The notes beneath the pieces were generated by a model that ran no database searches, had not been told where the DNA came from, and saw only the letters and a program-made list of their open reading frames with translations. A stretch of 64,000 bases of DNA from Hypanus sabinus (taxonomy: Eukaryota): the NCBI RefSeq assembly GCF_030144855.1, contig NC_082734.1:13702001-13766000 (forward strand), read 5' to 3'. Position 1 is the stretch's first letter, and each line of letters starts with the position of its first letter. Shown here one piece after another: positions 12,258-25,790 of this stretch. The position numbers and the translations under genes are program-made.

Positions 12258-14438
12258 ATTTCAGGTGAGAGAAGAAACAAAGGGCCTGAGGGGCAGCTTC
12301 TTCATGCGGAGGATGCTGCGTATATGGAACATGGTTAAGGCAGGTACGATAACAGTATTTAAAAGACATCGGCCAACTACATAGATAGAAAAGTTTTATC
12401 AGGGTATGGGGACAAATGTGGGCAAATGAGACTAGTTCAGATGGACACCTGGGTTGACGTGGACCATGTGTGGTATTCCATGACTCTCACTTTTGCAGGG
12501 ACTCCAGACATTCTGGGGTGGCTGGAGAAGTGGTCATCATTGTGCCAATGCTCATATTGATCAGCCACACCAATACTGAGATTGCACAGGTAGGCCAGAA
12601 GCCGTATGTCCTTCGGCAAGTGATTCACCTTTTGCAATCTGAAATCCTTTCCTGGTGTTTTAGCTGGAGAGCCGCTTCCTCACAACATCTAAGACTTCAG
12701 TCCTGATCTTCACTGCTTCTAAGTGGAGTGTGAACAATCTTTCTGTGACCACGTGGGCTTCCTCCATTTGCTCTGGTTTCCTCCTCCATCCCAAAAACTT
12801 GTGGGTTTGAGAGTTCAATTGGCCTTTGCAAGTTGTTCCTCGGTGTAGGTGACTGGTAGAACGTGGGGAGGAAAACATGGAATTATTGTAGGATTAGTGT
12901 AAGTGGGTGATTGATGGCTGGGGCGAAGAGCTTTTTCCTTGCTGACTCTCTGATTTTCCACCATCTATAAGGCACAAGTCAGGAGCACAATGACGGTGAA
13001 TACAATACAGTGAGTGCAATTCCCAACAACTTAAGCTTGGGACATTTTTTTTCTCTCTCTTCACTGTCTTGTACAATTTATCTTCTGTTTATTGTTATGC
13101 TTGTGGCCTGCTGCAAGCAATTTTTGTGTTGCACCTCTTTCTCCCTGTACACGACAATAAACTCAACATGCAATGCTGGAGGAGCTCAGCAAGTCAGGCA
13201 GCATCTACAGAAGGGGATAAACTGTTTGTATATTCACTTTATTATCTCTTCTACATATAATAAACTTGACAAAGCAGCTCATTTGTTCGGCACTCTGTCT
13301 AAACATTAATTTCCTCCTCTGTCAATGCATAGTGTGTACTATCTACAAAATTCGCTCAGCTGCTCATCCTGGTTACTCTGTCAGGACCTCTGGAACTAAG
13401 GCCAAGGGTAACAGGCACAGGGAAACATTGCCACCTGCAGGCTGCCTACAAAGTTTGGAAATGCATCACCATTCCTTTATCCTCATTGGGTCTAAATCCT
13501 GAAACTCCCTGCCCGACAGAATTGCAGTAATTCAAGCACATTCTCAAGAGCGTTTAGTGATGTACGTACAATAAATGCCTGCCTTGTGTTTAATATCCAT
13601 ATCCTGGCGAAAGGATGGGCAATTAATGTTCTATTGTATTACGTTGGTTTAATGTCACATGTACAATGAAAAGCTTGTCTTGCATACTGTTCATACAGCT
13701 GAAATCATACGCAGTGCTTTGAGCTGGAATAAGGTAAAATAATAGGAATGCAGAATAAAGTGTAAAGGCTACTGAAAACAGGGCAGTGCAGGGAACGATA
13801 AAGAGCAGGATCATAACGAGGTAGATTGTGAGGCCGGGTCCATCTTATGTGCCGTAAAGTTAACAAATTTCACGACATATGCCACTGATCTTAAGTCTGA
13901 TTCTGATCTGATAACAGTGAGATGGAAGCTGCCCTTGAGCCTGGTGGTATGTGCTTTCAGGCTTTTATACTTCTGCCTGATGGGAGAGGGGTGATGAGTG
14001 AGTATCTGGGTAAGGTGGGGTCTTTTGACTAGAAAAATAGAAGGCTGTGCGCTAGGGAAATTCTAAGCGGTTTCGAGAGTAAGTTACATGGTCGGCACAG
14101 CATTGTGGGCCGAAGGGCCTGTAACGTGTTGTAAATTTCTATATTCTGTATACGTTTGCTGCTCTAGTGAGGCATAGACAATCCATAGAGGGTATCTGGT
14201 TCCTGTGGTGTGCTGAACTTGTCCACAACTGTCTGCAGTTTATTGCAGTTTTACGCTATCAAATTAAAATTAGAAAGATAGATCAGAGCTCACCTGTTCA
14301 GGCTGATTGACTGGGACCGTCATCACATAATGGCTGGACGAGTAGAGCAGAAGGGGAAGACCAATCTGCAGTCTACAGAGTGTCAGTGACTCTAATTGTG
14401 AATTAAATGATAATTGCTGCTGGATTTTCTCTCTGCAG

Positions 14439-14535
14439 GTGGTGTACAACGTCGGTCTGTGTATATGCCTGTACGACATTACCAAACTGGAAGATTCCTA
14501 CATTTTCCCAGGAGATGGCGCTTCTCACACCAAAG
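14439..14535 (+). CDS. POLR3H: POLR3H coding exon 2
   Basis: [32 protein letters not shown]; ctctgcag| and |gtaagg; 97 nt, phase 0->1. Confidence 0.97.
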
Positions 14536-14908
14536 GTAAGGCACCGGACCCTAAGCAATGGTCTTCGTTCAGTGACTCTTAACAATCCAGAATTTCCTTT
14601 TCTTTCCCCTCAATAAATCTCTTAGTTGGAGCCTGGGGCACAGAGTTTCTCAGGTTTGCACGCAGAGGGGATTGGGCAGGGGATCCCAGTCCTCAGTTTG
14701 ATCAAGTTCAATGTTCAAAGCTCAAAGTAAATTTTATTATTGAAGTACGTATAGTTCACCATATGCAACCCTGAGATTCATTTGTCACTTCAATTATCAT
14801 TCAACCAGACATGAATACAAACAAACAAAATCATTTTCCTCCAGGGCTAAGGGGCAATACATAGTGCCAACAGCATATAAAGAAAAACATACAGTTGCAA
14901 AGAGAAGT

Positions 14909-15183
14909 ATTTATTTATTGAAATACAGCACAGAGAAGGCCTTTCCCCTTCAAACCACGCCACCCAGCAATCCCCCGAATTAAACCTAGCCTAATCACGG
15001 GACAATTTACAATAACCAATTAACCTAACAACTTGCACTGTGTGAGGAAATTGGAGCACCCAAAGGAAATGCATGTGGCCAAGGGGAGAACATACAAACT
15101 CCTTACATGCAGCGGCGGGAATTGAACCCAGGTCACCTGAACTTTAAAGCATTGTGCTAACCACTATGCTACCGTGCCACCCC
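14909..15183 (-). mobile_element. tRNA-derived SINE (HE1/V-SINE-like)
   Basis: Near-full copy: tRNA head at about 15110-15183, V-like core, AT-rich tail (tatttatttatt). Confidence 0.75.
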
Positions 15184-15904
15184 AAATATAGCCAAGTCCC
15201 TGAGTGGCATGGCCAGTAGGTTGATGATGCATGGGATGTTGTCCCAGTCCAGCTTGTCTTCCACCGAGCGAACACTGGAGGGCAGCACCGACAGGAAGGG
15301 CCAGCCCCTAACCCAACTGAGTCAGTTTCCTGCCACACATCATTCTCATCTAAGTTCATAGAGGTAAAGAAAGACCAGAGAGGGGAAAAAGGGATTCTTT
15401 CTGCCTGCTTTCAGCTGATTATCGTTTACATGGAACAGTACAGCATGTGAACAGGCCCTTCAGCCCACAGTGTCTGTGCTGACCATGATGCCAAATGCAA
15501 CTAATTCCATATGCCTATACATGATATCCATATTCCTCCATTTCTGTCACATTCATGTGCCTCTATCACGTTTTGCTTCTACCACCACTCTTGGCAGCAG
15601 GTTCCAGGCACTACCGTGCTAAACAACTTGCCACAGACATCACAGGCAACCTTACACGTTTCATCTTGAAGTAATGTAATGTCTTCACATGCTGTGTTTT
15701 TTTCCCCAAAAATTTAAGTGGTATTTGGGTCCTTGGCTGATAAATGGGTGCTGGAATAGGAAGAGTGGGTTAATTTTAGTTTCGTAGAGCACTATAGCAC
15801 AGAAACAGGACTTTTGGCCCATCTAGTCCATGCCAAACTGTTTCTCTGCCTAGTTTCATCGACCTGCATCCAGACCATAGCCTGCCTTACCCCTCCCATC
15901 CATT

Positions 15905-16297
15905 TACTTACTGCCCGTTACGCCGCTGGCATTTAGGGCAGCAATGAATGTCCTCCATCTCTGGTGGTGTTCAGGGCTTCCTTTGTCATGTCAGTAGCTT
16001 CCTGTCGGTTTTTGCTACTATCGGTCATGCAAGTCCCGGGTTGAGATTCAGGACTACCATCACACTTAGACGTAGAAGGGCTCTTCATGGCCATTTACAT
16101 AACAGGGTTGTTAGCCCTGAGCTGAACCCGCGAACCTGGAAGACCACTCTCAGTCTGGCCTCTCCCCTTTGACCTGTTTGGCACGGGTGACCCTACCAAG
16201 AGCCAAAGCATAAAGCCCTGACTCCAGCTAATGTAGCTCTTCGGGTCATTGAGGCACGCAATCCTCCAAACCACAAGGTTGTGGTCCTCTTGTAGGT
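15905..16297 (-). mobile_element. RTE-related non-autonomous retroelement
   Basis: Minus strand ends in gggcagtaagtaa tail; RTE-like 5' segment gggttcagctcaggggctaacaaccc; interrupts an older CR1-derived repeat. Confidence 0.5.
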
Positions 16298-17005
16298 CCC
16301 ATCCATTTACCTACCCAAATTTCTCTTAAATGTGTAATCAAACCCACATCCACCACCTCCGCTGACAGCTAGTTCCACGCTCTCACCTCCCTCTGAATGG
16401 CGATGTTATCCTTAAACTTTCTACCTTTCACCCTTAACCCATGACCTCTAGTTAAACCAGCCTCTGGAAAAGACCTGCTTATCTATACCCCTTGTATTTT
16501 GTAAACTTAAAAATATATATTATATTCCTAAAATTAATAGGAAATCCAATACAATCAACTATATTCATTGCGTCATCAAACTAATGTAGACACACACAAA
16601 GCAGCAATGCTCCCTGTGTTTCCGCTTTAAACAACATACCCATGAAGTGTCTGAGGCGGCTGCACAGAAACCAGCCCTTCAGTGCCCAGTGGTGGCAGGA
16701 CTTCCCACTGTAGACCTTTCCCACGTTGAACTTGGGGGGCACTCATTTCACTGCAACCTCAAGTTCATTCATTCAGGGTTCGCTCGTTCAGCTGAGAGGT
16801 TAAGCTGAGGCTCCATTAGGTTGAACTCCCAACAAGTTGGTTACCCAACATTATTAATCAATTAGCTGTGTGTGGGATCTTGTGTATATTTTGGCACAGA
16901 TCATCTTTCAAAGTGTTTAGGACATCCGAACAATCAATGCAGATGCTACCTCTAAATTGTCTTCCTCTAAAAGTGTCTCTTTCTCTGCATTTTCACCCCA
17001 CACAG

Positions 17006-17092
17006 TTCACTTTCGATACGTGGTATTCCGACCCTTTCTGGATGAAATTATTACAGGCAAAATTAAAGGCTGCAGCCAGGATGGAGTCTGTG
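17006..17092 (+). CDS. POLR3H: POLR3H coding exon 3
   Basis: (V)[28 protein letters not shown]; cacacag| and |gtgagt; 87 nt, phase 1->1. Confidence 0.96.
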
Positions 17093-19224
17093 GTGAGTAA
17101 CAAATCTTAAAATCCTGATTAGTCTCTCTTCCCCCCCCCGCCACCCCCAATTGTTGTCATCTCTTATTCTGGGTATATTGGCTCAGGTCATGATATAGCT
17201 GTCTGGTTCCTCTTGAGTAGAGGGAGCTAAGATTGTGAGAGTCATCAGTCCCCATGACCATTTGGGTTTCCTCCGGGTGCTCCAGTTTCCTCCAAAGACA
17301 TACCAGTTGGTATATTAATTGGTGATTGTAAACTGTTCCATGATTAGGCTAGGATTAATTCAGGGTTTTGCTAGGTGGTGTGGCTCGAAGGGCCAAAATA
17401 GTCTATTCTGCACAGAATGTCAATTAAAATATAAAAACTATAGTTAATATTTGATGTACAGTAGTTGCATTTCCCCTTTTACTCCATGTCCCTTCAGAGC
17501 TTAAGTTACCAGAAAAAAAAATTCAGATTTTAAATGCATCAATTAATTAAGCAGCAGTTGCCAACTGTAGGTACAAGTTTCAAATTTCTTCTGTGCATGT
17601 ACTTCAAATCCACTCCAATTTTTAGGCTCTGCCCTCTGTGATTCTAGACTTCCCAACCTGCAAGTGTCGTCTGACTCTGTCATTCAGTATCTGTGATTTT
17701 GAAAACCAATCAAACCTTCAAATTTTCAGGAATAGAGCCCTTGGTTATATACCCTTGTCCTTTATCATGGAGCCTCGGTATCCCTCTGTTAAATCCCTGC
17801 TTCAATCTTACATTGTCAGTTCATCTTCATTAGGTTGCTGACGTTGGAATTTCCACCAGCAGTCCAGCAAGAACTTGATCAGCGATACGAGCAGCCATTT
17901 TCTACCTCATTGTATTCTGGTCTTCTGCGCATAATCTGCATCTGTCCAATCACTGTCTCAATGTATTTGTTTAAAAAATCTCAGTTACAACATGGGGATC
18001 CTTTGAAGACTATTATACCTTGCATTAATTAATACTTCCAGTTTGATGGTTCATCTACGCTGCTCGTAAAAAAGATTCATTGAAAGAGCAGGCTGAACAA
18101 AAGTGAGAGCTGCCAGCCTTCACGCCGTGCAGGGAAGTGGGAGGTAACTGGAGCACCTGGGGGCAACCCACGCCGTCACAGGGGAGCATCCAGACTCCAC
18201 ACAGTCAGCACCGTGAGGCAGCGGCTCTATCAGCTGTAGCACTATTCCACTTACTAAGGTTTTGAGGAGCTGCCATCTGGAACTATTGCCGTTCCTCCGG
18301 TGATGTTTCCAATATGGGGGAGTGTAGGACTGCAGGGCCAGCCGCTGGTGTGGTGGTATTCGAGGCAAGTGGGTCCCAGATTCGAATCTGGCTGGCTCCT
18401 TGCATGCTTCCTATCATGCTGGGTTGCGCGTTGAGCTAGCAACTCAGCCTCTTAAAACCAGACAAATGCTAAAGAAACAGCAAGGTTGCTGCCTGAGGCG
18501 CGGAGAGGAATAACAATAGGACTAGAGGGCAGAACAGAAGGATGGTCCTTTAGGAAAGAGGTGAGGGGGGATTTCTTTCGGCAGAGGGTGGCAAATCTGT
18601 GAAATTCATTGCCACAAATGGCTGTGGAGGCCAAGTCATTGGGTATATCCCCAAAGCAGAATATGTTTTTAATTAGTAAGGCTGTCAAAGGTTACAGGGA
18701 GAAGGCAAGAGAATAGGATTCAGAGGGAAAATAAATCCGCTATAGTGGAGCAGACTTGATGGACCGAATGTCCTAATTCTGTTGTTATGTCTTATAGTCT
18801 TAAGACCTGTACTTCATCTGAAACAGTCAGTCACTTATCCCCACTCTACATTAGTTTTCCCAAGCCCTCCGTGTTATTCTTCTCGGTTTATCCATTGCTA
18901 CCCTTGTCAGTTGTTATTGACTCTGTGTCCGTTGTCCTGAAGTGAATTTGGGATGATCCAGGTCATATTGGAGTGGTTGAACCACAGCAGAAGGTAGTCA
19001 CTGTTTCAATGTAAGAAATGTGGCATTGAATTTGAGTGCAATCCACACCCACCTGTGGCACAGCGACACAGTAGTTCTGCTGCCGCCTCACAGCTCTGGC
19101 AGCCCCTCGGTGTGGAGTTGCACATTCTTGCCCTGACTGGGTTGGTTTCCCCCTTGATGCTCTGCTTTCTCTGCTCAAATCAAGATGTGTATCTGTTTGG
19201 TAGGTTAATTAGTCCCTAAATTAC

Positions 19225-19425
19225 TCACAAGAGAAAATCTCAAGGTGCCGGAGATACATGCATCGCACACAAAATGCTGGAGGAACTCAACAGACCAGGC
19301 AGCATCTGTGGAAAAGAGTACAGTCGAAGTTCATTGGGTCTCAACCCAAAACATCAACCGTTTGCTCTTTTCCATAGATGCTGCATGACCTGCTGAGTTC
19401 CTCCAGTGTTTTGTATGTGTTGACT
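19225..19425. mobile_element. Palindromic Penelope-derived short element
   Basis: acacaaaatgctggaggaactca..caggcagcatctgtggaaaagag faces its reverse complement ctcttttccatagatgctgc.tgacctgctgagttcctccag. Confidence 0.65.
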
Positions 19426-20289
19426 AAATCACTACCTGTGTACGTGGATGGCAGGAGGGTCAAAAAGAGTTGATGGGGCCTGTGAGAAAGAATGGGTGAG
19501 AGCGAACTGAGGGAAAGGGCTTTCTCTGTCAGCCTGCACAGGCTCTAGGGGCTGAATGGCCTCCGTGTTGTGCAAAATACGAAATAGGAGAAACAGATGT
19601 GATATTGACCAAAAAGTGTGCTTAATGCTGTTGATTGAAGTGTTTTTCATGGTGAATTGTCTCTATAGTGTGGCTATAGAGGCAGATATTTCTATTTATT
19701 TATGTAAAGATACAGTACGCAACAGGCCCGGCAACCCACTTATTTAACTCTAGCCTAATGAAGTTACAGTGACCAATTAACCAACTAACCAGTGAACTGT
19801 GGGATGAAACAGGAGCACCCGGAGGAAACCCACAGGGTCATGGGGAGAACGTACAAATGGCACAGCACCAGAATTGAACTCTGAACTCTGACACCACAAG
19901 CTGTAATATCGTTATGGTAACCACGACACTGTTACAGCTTGGGGTTCAATTCTAATGGCGTTCTAATCACGCTAATCTTTACGCTACCATGGTTGAGTGA
20001 GTCCAAAACTTGAGGGTTATAGAAGTAAGATAATGCATACAATAGAGAATTTAGGAAAAGTATATAACTCCCCAAAGTGTGGCAAGAATGCACAGACACA
20101 TGGAGGAGTTAAAGATAACGACTTGATTTGGACAATAAAAATACTGGAAGAACTCAGCCAGTCAGGCAGCATTCGTGGAGGGAAGTAAACAGTTGATGTT
20201 TCGGGTCAAGACCCTTCATCTGGACTCAGAGTAGAAGGGAGGCTTGATGGTATAAAGAGGTGAAGGAAAGGGGTGGGACAAGAGCTCGC

Positions 20290-20585
20290 AGGTGATAAGT
20301 GGAGCCAAAGTGAGGAGAAGTTGATTGGCAGATTGAGTCAGGTGGGGGAAGGGTTAAAATAGCGACCAGGTTGGCAGGTAATAGGTGGAACCAGGGTGAG
20401 GAGAAGTTGATTGGCAGGTGGGGGAAGGGTTAAAATAGCGACCAGGTTGGCAGGTAATTGGAACCAGGGTGAGGAGAAGTTGATTGGCAGGTGGGGGGAG
20501 GGTTGAAATAGCGACCAGGTTGGCAGGTGATAGGTGGAACCAGGGTGAGGAGAGATTGATTGGCAGATGGAGTCAGGTGGGGGAA
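20290..20585 (+). repeat. About 75-bp tandem repeat (3-4 copies) inside a purine-rich Penelope-derived repeat
   Basis: Unit ggcaggtgataggtggaaccagggtgaggagaagttgattggcaggtgggggaagggttaaaatagcgaccaggtt recurs. Confidence 0.85.
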
Positions 20586-22959
20586 AGGTGGAGGCAGCGA
20601 GGAGCTGCAGATGATGTAATTTGTTAAAAGAATGTGGAGCATGGAAGCAAATAAGGGAATGAGGGAGGTAGAGAGGACAGATGGGAACAGCAAGGGGAGG
20701 GGAACCAGTGGGAGGAGTGTGTTGGTAATGGGCTGATGGAGTGAGTGGAGGAGGGGAAAGAAAATGGGTGATGGTGGTTAGGAGGGGGAATGTGTGTGTG
20801 TGAGAAAGTGGATAAACCAGGAGGAGAGGCGTAGGGACACAGTGTGAGCAAGTCGGCTGAAAATGAAGAATCCTGTAGGAGGAAAGATGACAGATTAGGT
20901 CTATTTGTCCCATGTACTTTGAAACGTTCAGTGAAATGTGCTGTTTGTGTCAATGAACAACACAGTCTGAGGTTGAGCTGGGGGCAGCCTGCAATTCACC
21001 ATGCTTCTGACAGCAACATAGCATGCCGACAACTTATACCCTAACTCATACGTCTTCGGAAACTGGAGCTCCTGGAGGAAACCCACACGGTCGTGGGAAG
21101 AACATACAGACGGCGGTGGGAATTGAACCCCGACCTTACGATCGTTGGCAACCTAAAGCGTAACGCTAACTGCAAAGCTACCATGCTGCTCCACAAAGTT
21201 GGATAAATAAATCAGAGAGGATGGGAGGACGCTGTATCTAATATAGAAACTGCCACAGAGTGGTTGATCTGAGTGGTCAATTAGCTTTTGCACGGTAAAA
21301 TATTTATTTAATATGAATATACCTGCATATATTTATCACTGGGAATAGAAAACAGTCTGGTGCTGTCAATCACTAAGTATCGTAATGACCTAAGGGATTT
21401 TACGAGTCAAGGATAGAGACAGGCTGAAATGGAGACTGATTAGAAATTGATGAGGGTGTTCATGTTAATAGCAATAACGTTTTTAATTGGCAGTAGCTTG
21501 AGGTGTTAAGAATAGCTGCCCTGCGGATGTCTGTGACAGAGAGCTGCAGCCTGGCCCTTCTCCCTCACTTGTTTCATGCCCGACCTCAGAAGCTGCGTTG
21601 GGACAGGGGACATGACGTGTCTCCTTCCTAATGTGGGTCATGGTGACCTTGTCAGAGAATCGAGAGCCTTGCAGCTTTGTGAGCTGGCTGCAGAGGCAAG
21701 CAAGTATATTTCTAACACATTGTACAGCCTCAGACCCCTGGGTTTATGTACAACACTGATGTTTCGTCATTAAGCCAGTTTCTGGACAACACATGGGGCC
21801 TCCCTCCATGTGGCATAAAACAGGCTTTCATTCCTTCAACAAAAACATTAAGGGACTCGATCTCAAACAAGAAAAAATCTCAGATGTTGGAAATCCATGA
21901 AACACACCAGTCTTGATAAAGGGTCTCGGCCCGAAACATCGACTGTACTCTTCTCCCTAGCTGCTGTCTGGTCTGCTGAGTTCCTCCAGCATTTTGTGTG
22001 TGTTGAAGGGACTCAGCCTGGTGGCGTTCTCAAACAAGAAATTGGACCCCGGTTTATTCAGGGGCTTGATAGAAATCATTCCTTCCCACAAACGGTAGTG
22101 GGAATCTATAACCTCTCATCAAGGTTGGAGTAAAGAAGAACAATTTCAAAATAGTGATAGATTTTTTTGAGAGGGTTAATGGTTATGTTAGGGAATGGAG
22201 TTGAAGTTAGAGAAGACGGTTGTTGAAGGATACAAGGGGGACTTGGATCAGCCGGGAAGTTGGATGACGGGATGGCAGATGAAATTTGATGCTGACAAAT
22301 GTGAGTTAATGCAGTTTAGACATTCAGATGCTGGTAGGTTTGGAGGTTGGCCCTGTTGTGGGTATATCCAACCTGAATTCCTGATTTCTTTGGATGCAGA
22401 AAAATATACAGGTGAGTTGGAGAGTGAAATCGATCTGCAGTTAGCTCACACAGTCCTGTAGTATACTCTCCTGAAGGATGCTCTCTCATCGGCCTCCGAG
22501 ACTGAAGTCACAGGGTCAAAGGGGGCTGAGGGAGCTTGTGAAGGTTCCTCCATGTTTTGACAGTCAAAGGGAGCACAGAAGGATTGAGCTTATCTGGAAG
22601 TGAAGCCTTAATGTCACCAATGTCACTTAGTTTCACTTTGTAAGAGGTGATAGCATTCAAGCCGTGCTATATCCTTCAATTAATGTTAGCTTTTGGTGGT
22701 ATGTAAACTGTGATCAGTATCACGGAGGAGAATTCTCTTGGTAAGTAGAATGGTTGGCACTTAATTGTTACATGTTCCAGGTCAGGGGACCAAGAATACA
22801 ACAAAACCACCATATGGGTGTACCACAGAGTGTTTATCATGAAACCTCATCTCTTCCCCCCCCCCACCTTTTGCCTTCTCCAAAACAGCAATTTGGTCCA
22901 TCCTGTGTATTGAGGAGCCTTCTGGTCATACCGATGCATCACAAGTTATCAGAATGAGT

Positions 22960-23390
22960 CATGTCTCTGTGAAAAACAGAACACAGCAATTTCTCATTTC
23001 CCTCCAGTACAGCAATCTTGCCCTTATGTCCACAATCGGTCTCCAGCGACTGCGCATTTGCTGATGAGATGCTGGGTTGAGAAAGGGGAATCTCGTCCCT
23101 CTGTATTTCAGCCTGGCTTGGAGACTCCCCCCACCTGCCTTGCTTCCGGCCATGGCGATGAACCTTTTTCCGTTTAAATATGTTGTACTAGTATGCTTGA
23201 GAGTTAATTCTGCCGAATCCTTCAGTAGATTGTAGAATCTGTAATACATTAAGACAGTTGAAAAGAACATTGCTCAAAGGGAAATTGCAGTCTGCAGATT
23301 GCAGTGAGAGTGATTAAAAAGAGATATGTTTAGAAGTTTTGTAAGCAGCCCACAGAATGTTGCCATGGTTCACTGGCGCCATCTTGTATC
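22960..23390 (-). mobile_element. 5' end of a Rex1-type LINE (5' UTR plus start of endonuclease)
   Basis: Minus strand begins caagatggcgcc; ends IRARLLYWREMRNCCVLFFTET (APE N-terminal motif). Confidence 0.6.
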
Positions 23391-23577
23391 TTTTGATCCT
23401 CTAACTGTGTTAATTTTGTAACGTCAATTCATGTTCATGAAAACTATCCCCTTCCTTTTACTCTTGAATGGGGACCAGTTTGCAGTTTGTAAGCGGTTTG
23501 GGCTGGTTGTGAATCCGTATGCTCTGGGGAATAGGATGGACTTTAATCCACTAACGCACAGCCCTTCTTCTTCACAG

Positions 23578-23641
23578 TGACCCTGGGATTTTTCGATGAC
23601 ATCCTGATCCCTCCTGAATCTCTGCAACAACCGGCCAAGTT
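23578..23641 (+). CDS. POLR3H: POLR3H coding exon 4
   Basis: (V)TLGFFDDILIPPESLQQPAK(F); ttcacag| acceptor; donor |GTATCCTT (U12 type); 64 nt. Confidence 0.96.
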
Positions 23642-25044
23642 GTATCCTTCACTGATGGTCCTTTCCCTGAGAATGGGATGCAAAGATCTGGTCACCTCAG
23701 CCTCTCTTAATGAATGGGCTGCATGTTTGAACTCCTGTCTTATTCCTTACAGCATCTGGATGAACCATTTAAAGACCAGGGATATGGCAATGTTTTAATG
23801 AAATTACTAAATCCAATAGGGAATTCCGGAGAGATTCTACCAAGGGAGGCATTAAAGTGCTTTTGCAAACCCAAGGAGAACGGTGTTATATTTAAGGGTA
23901 ATTGGTAATGTGTTTATTATTGTTTCATGTACTGAGTTACAGGAAAAAAACTTTGTTTTCGTAGAGTCATGGAGAAATATTGTGGGGAGGAGCAAATATC
24001 TCCGCAAGGATTTTGCAGTTTCTTCTCTGGCTCCCACAAAGACTGAGGATGCTCTTGGTCATGCCCTGGAAATTGTCCACCTTAATGCACAGTAAGTCTG
24101 CAAAAGCCTCCTACTCCTACATGATCTCTTGAGCAACTATGTCTTTCTGCACAGTAAAGACTAAGTAGAAATGTTGTTTAAAAATCCCACCCGTTTCCTG
24201 TGTTTTGACACATAGCTGGTTCTGCTAAAGGGACCTATTCTCTGTAGCCAACCTTTTAATACATCTGTAGAACCTCATTGGATTTTCCTGAACCTTGCCT
24301 GCTGGATCTACCTCACTTCCTTTCTTTGCTCTCTTGGTTTCCCTCTTAAGTGTATTCATAATTTTTTTCATAATCAACGGATTCACTCATTCCCAACCTC
24401 TTAAACCCAGTATATGCTTTCTTCTTGGTGAGGGCCTCAATATATCTCATTAACCAAGGTTTCCTAAACTTGCCAGGTTGTCCCTTCACCCTGACAGGAG
24501 CAAGCTGCCCCTGAGCTCTTGATATCACACTTCTGAAAGTCTCCCACTTGCTATTTGTTCCTTTTCCTTTGAACGGACTGTACTAATCAACCTGTGCTAG
24601 ATCCTGCCTAATTACTGCAAAATTAGCCCTGCTCCAGTTTGGGATGTGGATCTGTCGCATCCTATCTTAAAGAACTGATCACCAGAGCTAAAGTGCTCTC
24701 TGACTTCCATTTCAGTTCGTTCTCTGCGTCATTCCCCAAGAGGAAGTCATGTCTATACAGTCACGGACACAATTCAGACATTTATCCCCATTGCGGCCCT
24801 TAGCATTATATAGATACTTCCATCATATCAATCCATGGAGGTACTACAAGTGAAAAGCAATAAAAGAATGCAGAGTTACAGAAAGTACAGTGTGGGCAAG
24901 GCTATGACATGGTAGAGAACAGGAGTCTATCTTGTCATACAAGAGGATTGATCAATAATAACAGCAGGATAGAAGCTGTCCTTGAGCCTGGTGGTACGTG
25001 TTTTTCAGGCTTTAGTAAGGGAGATCATAATACAGAGAATGTCA

Positions 25045-25790
25045 GGCAGTAGTAAAACAAGGCATCTGGACTTGCTGTGTTGTCTAGAATTCATTTTGCC
25101 ACTCGTCTGAGAGGCTTCTTCAGTTCTGATCCATGTTGGGTAGTTTTCCGGCTTATAAACTCCGTGAGTTGTTTAAAGGTATAGCAATCAGATGGAAGAT
25201 CGTTAGGGGTCGTGGAGGTAATGAGAGGGTCATTAGTCTTTGAGGAGATGCCAGGGTAAAGATGTATTGTAAGCATGATAAGTAGCTGAGAAGTGGTGTT
25301 GTACCCCACACCCTCTGTTCAGGGATGGGTTTTCCAGTTTGACAAAGATGGCTTCTTTACCCCTCTTTCAAACCACCTGTCCTCCCAGTCCGAAATGTGC
25401 TCATTGTTATCATCAAAGGAGCATCCCTTGTCCTTTAGGTGTAGATATAAAGTGAGTGTTGACCTGAGGTGTTAGCCCTCCGATGTGGGGCCACCCATTT
25501 GTGAATTGGTTGTTTTGACTCACTGATGATATAGATCTGTGCAGTCCTCATTGCATTGGACAGCATGTACAATATTGCTCTGCTCACGGTTGCGTGTAGG
25601 ATCCTCGGGGTGGATGAGTTTGAAAAGCACAGGGACTTGTGTTTCACTGAGATTCCAGTTACATGTGGGGTGACCGGGAAGAGGCCTCTCAGATGAGTGG
25701 CGAAACATCTAGACAACACAGCAAGTCCAGTTGCCTTCATTTGCCTTCATTTACTACAGTGACCTTGGTGACTGAGAACCTTCACAGACA
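25045..25790 (-). mobile_element. Penelope-like (Poseidon-type) retroelement fragment with GIY-YIG remnant and inverted pLTR
   Basis: Minus strand LIHPEDPT..EQSNIVHAVQCNEDCTDLY..ESKQPIHK...WFERGVKEAIFVK.ENPSLNRG; 25066-25125 is the reverse complement of about 25680-25735. Confidence 0.8.

Noticed and set aside
20338-20953. 191-aa and 109-aa Pro-rich minus-strand ORFs
   Set aside because: They lie in a purine-rich tandem or Penelope-derived repeat.
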